From: Octopus vulgaris
Lineage: Eukaryota
NCBI GenBank assembly: GCA_951406725.2
Contig: OX597831.1
Location: forward strand, 2,976,001 to 3,040,000
Reading direction: 5' to 3'
Length of the DNA: 64,000 nucleotides
The notes beneath the pieces were generated by a model, which was given only the letters and a program-made list of their open reading frames with translations, was not told the DNA's origin and did not search any database. Each line of letters starts with the position of its first letter. Positions within the stretch are counted from its first letter, which is position 1. The position numbers and the translations under genes are program-made. Shown piece by piece: positions 12,646 through 26,329 of the stretch.

Positions 12646-13106
12646 ACTTGAAGTTCGACCATGCATTTGTGATCAGTTATTTTACAGCTGGTCATAAGGC
12701 ACATAACACGGGTTTAAAGGTTGCTCCACCCCAACCCCCATAATGGCACAAATGGAAGATTATGGTCCATGTAATGCATTTCTGACTATAGAGTTGAACA
12801 TGGGGTATATAAGTATATAAACATATAAGTGTAATAGATACTTATATACCCACTGTTCATGGTTATTAGCAAAGGCACGTAGCCAAGTGGTTAGAGTATT
12901 GGACTGGAGTTCATTAAGTCAAGGGTTCAGTTCTCAGGCTGGGAAATATATTGAGACCTTGAGCAAAACACTTCATTTCTTGTTACTCCAGTCTACATAG
13001 CTGAAATTCATGATTTTGATGGACTGGAGATCCATCCAAAGAGAGTTTTGTCTTCTCAGTCAATGTATTTTCCGGCATACAAGTCTGTGGTGTATATAGT
13101 GTAAAC

Positions 13107-13514
13107 CAGGCACGTGCTGTCAGTAATTACCCAGGGTAGGCAGTTGGTGATATTTATGTAGTAAAACACACAAAAAAATAAGTGGAACATAGGTGCGTGA
13201 CTGAATCGGAGGCAGATTTACTTCTGCCTTTCTAGCGCATAAAGAAAATGTTGTTGTAGGAGTGTACACAGCATGTGTACCACAGCAGTTCCGTGTGTAG
13301 TTTTAATAGTGAGATTGAAAGACAGGGGTGAACTATGCGAACCTAATCTACAAAGAAATAAAATATTTTGTATTTTATGCATAGTAATCAGAGTAACCTT
13401 CATAATTTTATTGAATTAGGAGCATATTTTACCATAAAAGGAAAATGTTACTATCAATCTATTTCATTCAGAGTAGGCACTGCCTACCTTGCCTACCCAG
13501 GTGGCATGTCCCTG
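13107..13514. mobile_element. hAT-type MITE
   Basis: Termini CAGGCACGTGC / GCATGTCCCTG; perfect 8-bp TSD GTGTAAAC at 13099-13106 and 13515-13522. Confidence 0.85.
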
Positions 13515-13619
13515 GTGTAAACATTCAATCTTCATCACTTCCTTTCCAAATCCTGCTGCATTTCACATGGAATTTTTGGTCTTCCGAAATTGCCTCACTG
13601 GATGATTTTTTAAATTTTT

Positions 13620-14450
13620 TTATTCTTTTACATGTTTCAGTCATTTAACTGCAGCCATGCTGGAGCACAGCCTTCTAGTTGAAGAAATCGACCCCAGGTT
13701 TTATTCTTTGTAAGCCTGGTATTTATTCTATTGGTCGCTTTTGCAGAACTGCTAAGTTACGGAGACATAAACACACCAACACTAGTTGTCAAGTGATAGT
13801 GCAGGTGACAAACACAGACACAATGACAGACACACACACACACACAAATATATACATATATATGACAGGCTTCTTTCAGTTTCCGTCTACCAAATCCACT
13901 CACAAGGCTTTGGTCGGCTCAAGGCTATCGTAGAAGGCACTTGCCCAAAGTGCCACGCAGTGGGACTGAACCCAAAACCATGTGGTTGGGAAGAAAGCTT
14001 GCTTCTTATTTCTTTACTGCCCACAAGGGGCTGCACACAGAGAGGACAAACAAGAACAGACAAACGGATTAAGTCAATTATATCGCCACCAGTGCATTAC
14101 TGGTACTTATTTAATTGACCCTGCAAAGATGAAAGGCAAAATCAACTTCGGCGGAATTTGAACTCAGAACGTAACAACAGATGAAATACCTATTTTTTCA
14201 TTGCCCACAAGGGGCTAAACATAGAGGGGACAAACAAGAACAGACATAGGTATTAAGTCGATTACATCGACCCCAGTGTGTAACTGGTACTTATTTAATC
14301 GACCCCGAAAGGATGAAAGGCAAAGTCGACCTTGGTGGAACTTGAACTCAGAACGTAGCGGCAGACGAAATACTACTAAGCATTTCGCCCAGTGTGCTAA
14401 TGTTTCTGCCAGCTCGCCACCATCTTACCACACAGCCACACCTGCACCTA
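13620..14450 (-). mobile_element. Family B SINE with nested family A dimer (about 14006-14420)
   Basis: B head is split by two tandem minus-strand A units. Confidence 0.85.
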
Positions 14451-15109
14451 AGTTGACTCATCTTTTCTTTTTTGACTAAATTTTGGTCTGACAAATTTGT
14501 TTTGTATGCCAGAAAATACAGCATGCAACTTAGAAACTAGCCACATCCTGCCCAAATATTCTTTTTGTTTCATATTCAAACCAGCCCAGCTTTGGCCTCT
14601 GACACCCAGGCTAGAATGCCACTCTGAAAATATACAATCACATCATCAAAATCTCAATGCTACGAGATTAATGCATGATTAATTCAAAACAATGTGAATA
14701 AATAAACATTATTATATTCGACAGAAAAACCTGATTGCTAAAGGGTTAATGAGCCTGTAGGCTTAAAGCAGATTTCTCTTTTTAACTAACCTAGTTGTAA
14801 ACAGATGCTGTGCAATACATACTGTTTCACCATGGCAATTAACGAGAGTATTGTATAATTGATGAGTGTCTCCTTATCTTTGAGCAATGAGCTTTAGAAT
14901 GTTGCAATATCTGAGTAAACAGAATGTCAGATAATGAAACATGGTGTGTCAGCAGTTTGCATCCTGTTATTGCAGTTCTGCAGCATTCGTTGCCAAAAAC
15001 AGTGTATTTTCTGGCATTAAGGAAAATTCAGCAATGAAGATGCATTTCATTTTGATTTGATAATTTTTTCAAAGATATACACAAAAACAAGCTTGTCAGC
15101 TCTTGAAAA

Positions 15110-15585
15110 GCCTTTCCTATGATAATTTATGAGTGGGTTCGCATAAGATTTTTAGGGGTTCATGTAATGATATAGTAAATTAAAGATCCACAATAGTATT
15201 TTAAGGGACCCTGGGAAGGTCTTGCTTTAGATATATTTATTGCTATTTATAGCAAGAAATTGGCCTGCTCGCTTAGCCAGTGGGGTGGTGTCATTTGAAG
15301 GCTAAAACAATGCGAAGTGCATTGTGGCTAGCGATGTGTTGCAACATCTGATAGCCTGGTCGGTCATGGTGATCACAGTGATTGCGAGAAATAGCTGGGT
15401 TTCTTTCTCTAGCATTTTGCATAATTCAACCTACACAAGTTAATGTGTGAAAAACAAAATAAGAATTTTGAAAGAAGGTTCTATAGAATTAGTTTTTAAA
15501 CATTCAATGACTATCAGGTGTCCACCAGAATAAAATAGCAATCAAAGGGGTTCATAGGTAAAAAAAAAATGGTTGAGAAACTCTG
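15110..15585. mobile_element. hAT/Charlie-like MITE remnant
   Basis: Ends AAAAATGGTTGAGAAACTCTG; homologous to 31758-32356. Confidence 0.55.
15261..15382 (+). mobile_element. About 120-bp headless retroposon (family G) with (CACGGTGAT)-like tail
   Basis: Copies at 23981-24100 (+) and 59787-59910 (-) share the same start TGGCCTGCT; imperfect TSD GCAAGAAAT/GCGAGAAAT here. Confidence 0.75.
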
Positions 15586-17458
15586 GTCTAAATGGTTAAT
15601 TCCATTCTATAATGTGAAATCATGGTCTTCCTTTGGAGCCTAGAGGACCATCTGGTTATCCTAATGGATGACTGTTGACTTATGCTATGACTTTGTTTAA
15701 AGTGATATAGGAACCAACTTAGAGGTTAGTGGTTCATATCATGTCCTTGGCAGTGACTCTTGTGCCTTTGACCAAAATTATGCTCATCCAATGGAGCAAC
15801 GAGGACCACTTGGCTTTCCTTAAGGTAGACTGTTGACTTATGCTGTGTCTTTGTTTAATGTGAAGAAGAGTTGCACATTGTCCACCTCACTCCCTTGTCT
15901 GTGACCATTTTGTCTGTGTCCAGTGACAAGACCAGGTCAAGACAACTAAGGATAGACAGATGCAGTGGATGACCAAGATGTCTTACTTGTCTCATCTTGC
16001 TCTCTACACTCCACAATGCATACGTAGGTAAGCCTTAATATGCTAATTAGCCCATAACTGGGGCCCTGACAGGTGCTAATATCCAGGCTGGAGTAGACCT
16101 GGAAATAGTAGTGGCCATGAAATAGTAGTGGCCATGAAATAGTAGTGGCCAAATTCTTCAAAACCTTAGAATTTCTGAACCAGGGCCCAACTGTTTGATA
16201 TAGTTCAAAGTCATCCCCAAGGCATACAATGTGAAATAGCTAACTGCTATAAACAGTGGCAGGACTATAAAGTTGGTAGGAGTTTTGTTATCTCACACCT
16301 TTTAACTTTGAACTTTCCTGGAGTTTCAGCCCTTAAGCTTTCAGATTATTATGTTAAATGTAGTGCTTATTTAGTCATATTGTTTTGAATTAACCATACA
16401 TTATCTCATAGCTTCGAGATTTCGATGATGTGATTGTTTTATTCTTAGAATGACATTGTAGGGTAAGTTGAAGAGGCTGGATCTGGTCACTTTGAGAATA
16501 AAACAGATTGAATATTTTGGCCGGATCTGGTCAGTTTAAATACCAAAGGGTCAGATGGTGATAAAACAATAGCCATCTTAAATTTAAACTTGACTTTGCC
16601 AAACAGGGGTTGATGGAGATTAATGGAACATGTTAATCTAGTAGAACTCTCAATTCCCATTTGCCCTAATATATGAAAGACACTAAAGCTTCAATGCTGT
16701 CCCTCAACATGTTACAAATTGCCAAATATAAGCTGTTGCAGTGTTGTCTTAAGGTACAAACACTGGGCAGTTTGCCCTGAGGCCCCATGGGTCAAGGAAC
16801 CCAATTCTGATCTATGTATACTGTGGCTTGCTGAGGATAAATAAATATTATATGGCCCAATCCATTGATTTCCCTAGGAGTTGATGATGCTACAAAGAAC
16901 AGCCACAAACTACAGGTCTCTTTGAAAAGACCATGCATATTGGGTAGAACTACAGTTGAGAGCCCCAGACTTTTTCCCAAATTTTTATGAATTTTTATTT
17001 CAATACATTTTCAGTAACCACTTCCATTTCTACATACCACTGCCCTACCTAGAATGGAAGCTGAGTTCAAGTTAGTGTACAGAACAGGGAAAAGATAACA
17101 AGAAGGATTCACTGCCATGGAATGATTCAGATTACGGCTGAATAGTAATTCATACTTTCCATCTGGTATTATAGCAGTGAGATATTTTTTATGTCAATTT
17201 AACCAAGACATATATGGTAAACATAAAAATCTGATATTTATGGGTGTTTTGTAATGCATATTTTTTTATGTTAATGTTTTTTTTCCCAAAGGAATTAATG
17301 ATAAAAAGGAACCAGTTCAAAATGAGAATAATAGATTATCTCAAAGTCTGGAGACTTATGAAGAGACGATGATTATCATTTTATTTTTCCATGTCCAATT
17401 CTTGAAAGAAAAAAACTAAATATGTGTGTGTGTATATATACATACATATATACATATA

Positions 17459-17883
17459 GGTACAGGAATGGCTGTGTGGTAAGTAGCTTGTTTACCAACC
17501 ACATGGTTCTGGGTTCAGTTCCACTGTGTGGTACCTTGGGAAAGTACCTCCTACTATAGCTTCAGGCTGACCAAAGCCTTGTGAGTGGATCTGGTAGACA
17601 GAAACTGAAAGAAGCCCATCGTATATATACATATATATGTATATGTGTGTGTGTGTGTGTGTGTGTATATGTTTGTGTATGTGTTTGTCCCCCCCCCCAC
17701 CATCGCTTGACAACCAATGCTGGTGTGTTTATGTCCTTGTAACTTAAAGGTTCGGCAAAAGAGACTGGTAGAATAAGTACTTGACTTACAAAGAATAAGT
17801 CCTGGGGCGATTTGTTCGACTAAAGGCAGTGATCTAGCATGGCTGCAGTCAAATGACTGAAACAAGTAGAACAGTAAAAAGAG
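17459..17883 (+). mobile_element. SINE family B, full length
   Basis: Match to family B. Confidence 0.9.
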
Positions 17884-18241
17884 TATATATGTGCGTGTGT
17901 GTATATAAATATATAGTATATCTTGTGTATGAAAATAGATGTATGACTACTTTTGTTAAGTTTAGAACTCAACATTGATTATCATCATCCAGTCTGCTTG
18001 TAGTATAGAAGTTAAGCAATTACTATACTTAGTAATTATTACTAGCTATGATATATATAGAGCAAATGTAAGAGAAACCATCCCCAGTATGCAACTGGTA
18101 CTTGTTTTATCAACCCCGAAAGGATGAAAGACAAAATCAACTTTGGCGGAACTTGAATTTAGAATATAAAGACAGATGAAATGCTGCCAAGCATTTTTGC
18201 CCCATGTTCTAATGATTCTGCTAGCTCACCACCTTAAATAA

Positions 18242-18306
<65 letters not shown>

Positions 18307-18324
18307 TAAATAATAATAATAATG

Positions 18325-18368
<44 letters not shown>

Positions 18369-18370
<2 letters not shown>

Positions 18371-19122
18371 AACTTTGATACAACTGTTACAGCAAAGCAA
18401 TCAGCCACCTCTTATGATCTAAAACAGTGCACTACAATTGATAAACAGCTGGAAATATTACTACAGACATAATGGATTCACCAAAGAAATAAACATGAAA
18501 TTTAGCTTAGAAAAATGTGCCAAAGTAACCTTGAAAAGAGGAATACTAGTTAAGAGTAGCAACATCAGAGTAGATAAAGCAAATGAAATAAGACAATTAG
18601 ACCAAAGCCAGACATACAAATACTTAGGAATCAATGAACTAGATACAATACAAAACTCACACAAATGAAAGAGAAGATAAGAAAAGAATATCATAGATGA
18701 GTTAGATTAATACTGAAAACAGAGCTCAATGTGAAAAACAAGATAATAGGTATCAACACTCTAGTCGTCCCAGTTATAAGTTATTGCTACAATATTCTTA
18801 ACTGGACTCTAAATGAACTAATGAAAATAGACAGGAAAACAAAAAAAATAATGACAGGGTTTTGGATGCACCACCCAAAATTTGACATAGAAAGCTTATA
18901 TGTACAACATATTGAAGGTAGTAGAGGCCTTATACAGCTAGAAAACTATTACAAAATAATCACCATAGCAGTACAGAAATATCTACTACAGAAGCAAAGA
19001 AAGATAATAAAAATAGCCACAAAACACAAACAAAACAAAAAGCTGTTTTCAGTCTTTGAGGAAGCTGATAAATACCAAAAAGAAGTCATAGTATCCCTAA
19101 CAACTATGAAGAAAAAGAAGAA
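18369..19122 (+). pseudogene. R4/Dong-clade non-LTR retrotransposon RT fragment (disrupted)
   Basis: KFSLEKCAK..YKYLGI, NKIIGINTLVVPVISY..NWT..EL..IDRKT..HHPK..LY...EGSRGL are typical R4/Dong RT-thumb motifs; stops/frameshifts; begins directly after (TAA)n. Confidence 0.85.
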
Positions 19123-19124
19123 AC

Positions 19125-19325
19125 ATAGAGAGGACAAACAAGGACAGACAAAGGGATTAAGTCGATTACACCGACTCCAGTGTGTAATTGGTACTTCTTT
19201 AATCGACCCCGAAAGGATGAAAGGCAAAATCAACCTTGGCAGAATTTGAACTCAGAACATGAAGACAAACGAAATACCACCAAGCATTTCACCCATCGTG
19301 CTAACGTTTCTGCCAGCTTGCCGCC
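19125..19325 (-). mobile_element. Family A SINE
   Basis: Match to family A. Confidence 0.85.
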
Positions 19326-19732
19326 TTTATCCTCAACACTACTTACTATCCAGAAAAATAACCCTGCGAGGAGCAGCCCACATCCTATGCAAGACACTAT
19401 CAATTCAGTAATACAACCTAAACAAAACGATCCACAAACATGAGACAGACTCATTATAGCAAATATCCAATGAAATAAATTACCACCAACAGACTATGTA
19501 TCCAACGCATGATACACACAACACACAATACAAACAGTAATACAACAAAAGACTGCATCGCACCCCATAAAAAAAAAAAAAGAAACTGATGCAATATGAT
19601 ACCAGAAAAAGTTTGCACACTCCCAACAACAACAAAAAGACAACACAATGCTGCACACACCCAAGCAACGTGGAGTTGTAGCAGGTGATGCAGTAGAAAT
19701 TTGCCTGAAACTACCAAATGTTGGACAATGGC

Positions 19733-19774
<42 letters not shown>

Positions 19775-19784
19775 TCTTTTATTC

Positions 19785-20183
19785 TTTTACTCTTTTATTT
19801 GTTTCAGTCATTTGACTGCAGCCATGCTGGAGCACCGCCTTTAGTCGAGCAACTCGACCCTGGGACTTATTCTTTTGTAAGCCCAGTACTTATTCTATCG
19901 GTCTCTTTTGCCGAACCGCTAAGTAACGGGGACATAAACATACCAGCATCGGTTGTCAAGCAATGCTAGGGGGACAAACACAGACACACAAACACATACA
20001 CGCATATATATACATATATACGATGGGCTTCTTTCAGTTTCCGTCTACCAAATCCACTCACAAGGTTTTGGTCGGCCCGAGGCTATAGTAGAAGACACTT
20101 GCCGAAGGTGCCACGCAGTGGGACTGAACCTGGAACCATGTGGTTGGTAAACAAGCTACTTACCATACGGCCACTCCTGCGCC
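19785..20183 (-). mobile_element. SINE family B, full length
   Basis: Match to family B. Confidence 0.9.
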
Positions 20184-20199
20184 TATAATAATACTTTCT

Positions 20200-20575
20200 A
20201 CTATAGTCATAAGGCCTGGAATTTGGGGGAGTGGGATAGTCGATTACATTGATCCCAGTGTCTCACTGGTACTTAATTTATTGACCCCAAAAGGACGAAA
20301 GGCAATTTATCGAACCCTAAAAGGATGAACTCAGAACGTAGCGGCAGACAAAATACCTATTTCTTTACTACCCACAAGCGGCTAAACACAGAGGGGACAA
20401 ACAAGGACAGACAAATGGATTAAGTCGATTATATTGACCCCAGTGCGTAACTGGTACTTAATTAATCGACCCCCGAAAGGATGAAAGGCAAAGTCGACCT
20501 CGGCAGAATTTGAACTCAGAAATACTGCTAAGCATTTCACCCGGCGTGCTAACATTTCTGCCAGCTCATCGCCGT
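20200..20575 (-). mobile_element. Cluster of family A/A' SINE units
   Basis: A' tail at 20200-20300, partial A and near-full A. Confidence 0.8.
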
Positions 20576-20591
20576 AATGATGATGATGATG

Positions 20592-20625
<34 letters not shown>

Positions 20626-20649
20626 TAATAATAATAATAATATATTTTT

Positions 20650-21029
20650 AAAAAAATGCTTTCTAATTGATGTATCAATACCAGCAGATGACAACGTGTC
20701 TCTAAAAGAAATGGAGAAACTCTCAAAATACAAAGACCTGGAAATAGAGGTAACTAGAATGTGGAATCTGAAAACAGAAACAATTCCTATCATAGTAGGT
20801 GCATTAGGCATGATAAAAAAATATTCAGACAAATACATAACAAAAACACCAGGACTTACAAACACATATAACATACAGAAAATTGTACTACTAGGCACTG
20901 CACACATTCTACGCAGAACACTTTCCATACAATAACCATCAGAGCATCACAACAAATCACAGCACATACCCAAGGCACACAGAGCTGCACTCGGTAGTGA
21001 AGTGAAAGCACGCTATAAAAATAAAACTA

Positions 21030-21033
<4 letters not shown>
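20650..21033 (+). mobile_element. R4/Dong-clade LINE 3' end (restriction-like endonuclease C-terminus + 3'UTR)
   Basis: KKCFLIDVSIPADDNVSLKEMEKLSKYKDL...IPIIVGALG...QKIVLLGTAHILRRTL*, stop at 20935; (TAA)n on both sides, the known Dong target. Confidence 0.9.
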
Positions 21034-21074
<41 letters not shown>

Positions 21075-21444
21075 TAATAATAATAATAATAACCTATAGG
21101 CACAAATCCCAAAATTTTGAAGGGAGGGGTTAGCTGATTACATGTACTTCAGCATTCAGCTGGTACTTTATTTTATCAGTCCTGAAAGAATGAAAGGCAA
21201 AGTTGACCATGGCAAGATTTGAACTAGGAATGTAAAAACTCAGAAGAAATACTGCCAGGCATTTCGTCTGATGGTCTAATAATTCCATCAGTCAACCGCC
21301 ATTATTGATTTAATAATAATAATTACTGCTGTTAGTTGTTTTATTTGCCACAAGGGTGACGAATGAAGGGGACATTACTTGAACTAATTACGAAAAACAG
21401 TGGGAGTTTATCCAGAATCGATTTATGAAAAATTAACCAGACAT

Positions 21445-21805
21445 GGTAAAGAACAGTAAGATGATGGCTACAAGGATGTTGATGATAATGATGATGATAT
21501 TGATGATGATGATGATGATGACAATGATGGTGGTGGTGGTGATAATGAAGACGACAATGATAATAATGATAGTGGTGGTGGTGGTGGTGGTGGGGATGAT
21601 GATAATGTTGATGATGATGATGGCTTGGTGGTGGTGGTGATAGTGGTGGTGGTGGTGGTGATAATGTTGATGATGATGGCTTGGTGGTGGTAGTGGTGGT
21701 GGCGGTGATGATGATAATGTTGATGATGATGATGGCTTGGTTGTGGTGGTGATGTAGTGTTTGTTAGCAATGTTATGTTAGCAGTGTAAGTGATGGTTGA
21801 GGTGG

Positions 21806-21857
<52 letters not shown>

Positions 21858-21970
21858 GACAATGATAATGATGACAAGGTCAACGATGATGATGACGATG
21901 ATAATGATGACACTGATGACAAGGTCAACGATAATGATGACGATGATGATAATGATGATGATAAATGATG
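21445..21970. repeat. (GAT)/(GGT) compound microsatellite
   Basis: Directly visible. Confidence 0.95.
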
Positions 21971-23657
21971 CCGAAGAGACAGGTTTCATAAGTAGTACAA
22001 CATTTCCGATTTACATAGTGGACTGATAAGCAGATGTTGTGATATTCATGCTTTCCCCAATGATAAATATCATGTCTAAAGTTTCATTTCTAAACCAAAG
22101 CAATAAGATAAAGCAGGCAGGTGCAGGGGAGGGGATAGCTAAGTTTTGAAATGACATTATACAGAATGGTGTTGTTGTTGTTGTTGTTGTTGTTGTTACC
22201 ATTGTTGTTGTTGCTTTTGTTGTTGATTTTGTCACCATGCTACTGTATTTTGTGCCAAAGACCTACTGACCATTCTCACAATGGACGTATTGATTAAATA
22301 GCAATTTAATAAGTGCACCAAAACCTACCTACTTTAACTGGTCACCGATATGGAGAGTATTTATTCTCTGTTATCATTTTACAGATGGCTGATAATTCTT
22401 TATTGAATTGGAGCCAGCTTAATATTGATGCTGTTTAGAAAGATCATTCTGGAAGGACAGCTTTTATTGCTAGGATTCTTTCTCTCTAAGTGTTAATTGA
22501 TCCCCTGTGATGGCTTCATTACTCCGCAACAACAAATAATTGCACTGATAGCTTCTGATTAGATCCAGTACGAGAGGGAGGAAACCACTTTGTCTACCTG
22601 TGCAATCATCTGACAACATAGAGCTTATACAATCAAAGCTGTAATTTTCATATTAATGTATCTTCCCTGAAGGAAGCTCAGAAGCTTTGGTGCTTGAAGT
22701 TTAATTGGAAGACATTACTGCACAACAAAGAGAGATTTACCTCACAGTAAACCATGCTTTTGTTTTAGCTATCTCTCATCACTCCCTCGACAATTCAAAA
22801 GCCCTTGCATGTTCAAACTTCCAACACCTATTCTAAATTTCTATTTTGTTTTTGCTTTTTTTTTAACATTGTTTAAAAGGTATTATTTAAGGTTCAGAAA
22901 CTATCAGATAATAAGTTATTATTATGTAGGGATCATTTAGATTATCTCTTATCCAGAATCTAATGGGTATATTTAGGAGTGATTTGTTGCTCTGGATTTG
23001 ACTGGTTATTCAGAATCAAATTTGTTATTCAGAATCTGATACAATATTTAAGACCGAGCTATTATGTTCAGGTTATGCTTTGTACTTTGGGATCTGTTCT
23101 GCTGTGTGCAATCTGATCTGTTATTCAAGATTAGAACTGTTGTCCAGTTCAGAATTTATTCTGTTTCTTCAGGATCTGTTCTGTTGTTTAATCCTATTAG
23201 CCCTGAGTGTTGCAGGGAGATAATTGGTATGTGCACAAGAACTGCGTGCTCGGAACACATAAAAACATACCATATTTACCTGTGTGTATGTTGCGCTCAT
23301 TTATAAGTTGCACTCCTAATTTAGAGTTGAACTTCGATACAGATGTTTGTCACACATTCATAGTTTTGGCTTTGCTGTGTGTATAATTCACACCCTAGCT
23401 TTATTTTCATTTGAAATCAAGTACAAAATAGTGTGATTTGTACACAAGTAAATATGGTACATCTTTCAAACGAAAGGAGATTGACTTAAAAACTTACAGA
23501 AACACCTAAAAATTGAGGATATTATTTAATATTGGCAAACAGTCAATCAAATACCAAATTACATCACTATTACTGTTAGTTGACTGAGAACCATCAGCCC
23601 TTGTTTGAATGCATGTGGGCGTGTGCGCACACACACACACACATGTATCTATGTATG

Positions 23658-23697
<40 letters not shown>

Positions 23698-23701
<4 letters not shown>

Positions 23702-23892
23702 CCATGATAGATCGCTAGCCACTAAAGCCTTTTCTATTTTCTCTCCCTGTTTATTTCTGTGTTCCTTTCTGTCGAAGTGCGTAGGCTCAAAACATAAAAG
23801 ACTTTTTCACTTCCCGAGTGTTAAACTAATACATCTGTTTATTGTTTACACACCCGTTTTTGTCTTTTGTTTTTTTTGTAAATTCTCACTAT
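23698..23892 (+). mobile_element. (TA)n-flanked cassette with decayed hammerhead-like motif (23765-23800)
   Basis: CTTT-CTGTCGA-A-GTGC(GTAG)GCTC-AAAA-CA-TA-AAAG; homologous to 1921-2193. Confidence 0.6.
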
Positions 23893-23949
23893 ATATGTAT
23901 GTATTATGTATGTATGTATGTATGTTTGTATGTATACATGTATGTATAT

Positions 23950-23980
<31 letters not shown>

Positions 23981-23981
<1 letters not shown>

Positions 23982-24100
23982 GGCCTGCTTGCTTAGCCAG
24001 CATGGTGGCATCATTCAAAGGCTAAAAACAATGTGAACGCATTGTGACCAGCGATGTGTAACAACATCTGATGGTCTGGTCGGTCACATGATCACGTGAA
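23981..24100 (+). mobile_element. Family G element in (TA)n
   Basis: Match to 15261-15382. Confidence 0.75.
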
Positions 24101-24226
24101 ATATATATATATATTTATAGATAGATAGATAGATAAATAAATAAAATTTACTTGGAAATTAGATGCATAGCATTCGATCGTATAATAATATAAATAATAT
24201 ATAAATATATGCATTATATACATACA

Positions 24227-25003
24227 TATATGTACATACCTACATATATATGTATATAATATACAGCTTTATTATTATTATATATGTACATACCTACATA
24301 TATATGTATATAATATACAGCTTTATTATTATTATATATGTACATACCTACATATATATATGTATATAATATACAGCTTTATTATTATTATATATGTACA
24401 TACCTACATATATATATGTATATAATATACAGCTTTATTATTATTATATATGTACATACCTACATATATATGTATATAATATACAGCTTTATTATTATTA
24501 TATATGTACATACCTACATATATATATGTATATAATATACAGCTTTATTATTATTATATATGTACATACCTACATATATATGTATATAATATACAGCTTT
24601 ATTATTATTATATATGTACATACCTACATATATATATGTATATAATATACAGCTTTATTATTATTATATATGTACATACCTACATATATATATGTATATA
24701 ATATACAGCTTTATTATTATTATATATGTACATACCTACATATATATGTATATAATATACAGCTTTATTATTATTATATATGTACATACCTACATATATA
24801 TATGTATATAATATACAGCTTTATTATTATTATATATGTACATACCTACATATATATATGTATATAATATACAGCTTTATTATTATTATATATGTACATA
24901 CCTACATATATATATGTATATAATATACAGCTTTATTATTATTATATATGTACATACCTACATATATATATGTATATAATATACAGCTTTATTATTATTA
25001 TTA
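24227..25003. repeat. Minisatellite, 14 units of 54/56 bp
   Basis: Unit TGTACATACCTACATATATA(TA)TGTATATAATATACAGCTTTATTATTATTATATA; units differ only by one TA. Confidence 0.97.
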
Positions 25004-25867
25004 TTACTATTATTATTTTAGCGTCTTTCAGTTTGCGTCTATCAAACTCACTCAAAGCTTTGGTAGATCCTGCGACTATAGCAGAAGGCATTTTACCCAA
25101 GGGTGCCATATCTGTGGGATTGAACTGGAAGCCATGTTTGCCATGAAGTCTGAACTCTTAACTCTGACGTTTTATAATTCAGTAGCAGACCAATTATACC
25201 ATTGTAGCTTTCTGTTATAATCTCCCGGATAATGATGTTCTACTGCTTCTTCTCAGCTGTTTATCTTCACAAGTCTTGATTGAAATGACATTCAAATTTC
25301 AAGATTGTAATGATCATAAGTCCATTAATTAGACAGATTGTTCTCAGATCCTGTTTCAAACACTCACACAAGGCATTTATTATAGCGAAACGGAAGTCTT
25401 TCTGAATGCTAGTATCTATTATCTGAATAGAATATGATGATAGGGAGTAATCATTACTTACAATGTAAAAACTTTGTCATTACAAAGATTTCAAAGAAAT
25501 TTGGTTTTTTGTTTTGTTTTGTTCTTAGCACAAAAGCCAGAACAGAATCGGAAATAGTTGCAATACAAATATTTTTACTTTAGAATGGAAATAGATTTAC
25601 TTTCACAATTACTTAATCAAACTAATCAAAGAGTTGATCACTGTGGCTGTGATTGGTGGCAACACTTACAGCACAAATATAGCGTTATGCAATGGAGACA
25701 ATCCAACCTCGTAAGCCATCACAATACCACTACCATCAACACTGCCACCACCACTGCCACCGTCACCACCACCACTGCCACCGTCACCACCACCATGACC
25801 ACCACCACCACCAACAACAACAATAACAACAACAACACTACAACTATTATCGTCGTCATTGTCATCA

Positions 25868-26095
25868 TTCTCTTTTACTCTCTTTTACTTGTTTCGGTCA
25901 TTTTGACTGTGGCCATGCTGGAGTACCGCCTTTAGTTGAACAAATCGACCCCAGGACTTATTCTTTGTAAGCCTAGTACTTATTCTATCGGTCTCTTTTG
26001 CCGAACCGCTAAGTTACGGGGACGTAAACACACCAGCATCGGTTGTCAAGCGATGTTGGGGACACACGCACACAGAAACATATACACACACATAC

Positions 26096-26128
<33 letters not shown>

Positions 26129-26288
26129 CAATGGGCTTCTTTCAGTTTCTGTCTACCAGATCCACTCACAAGGCTTTGGTCAGCCCGAGGCTATAGTAGA
26201 AGACACTTGCTCATGGTGCCACACAGTGGGACTGAACCCGGGACCATGTGGTTGGTAAGCAAGCTACTTACCACACAGGCACTCCTGT
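25868..26288 (-). mobile_element. SINE family B, full length
   Basis: Match to family B. Confidence 0.9.
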
Positions 26289-26329
26289 GTATTTGTATAG
26301 TTTTTTTTTAATGCTCACTATTCATGCCG

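Noticed and set aside
24227-25003. CRISPR-like regular array
   Set aside because: No unique spacers, no cas genes, eukaryotic context; it is a tandem minisatellite.
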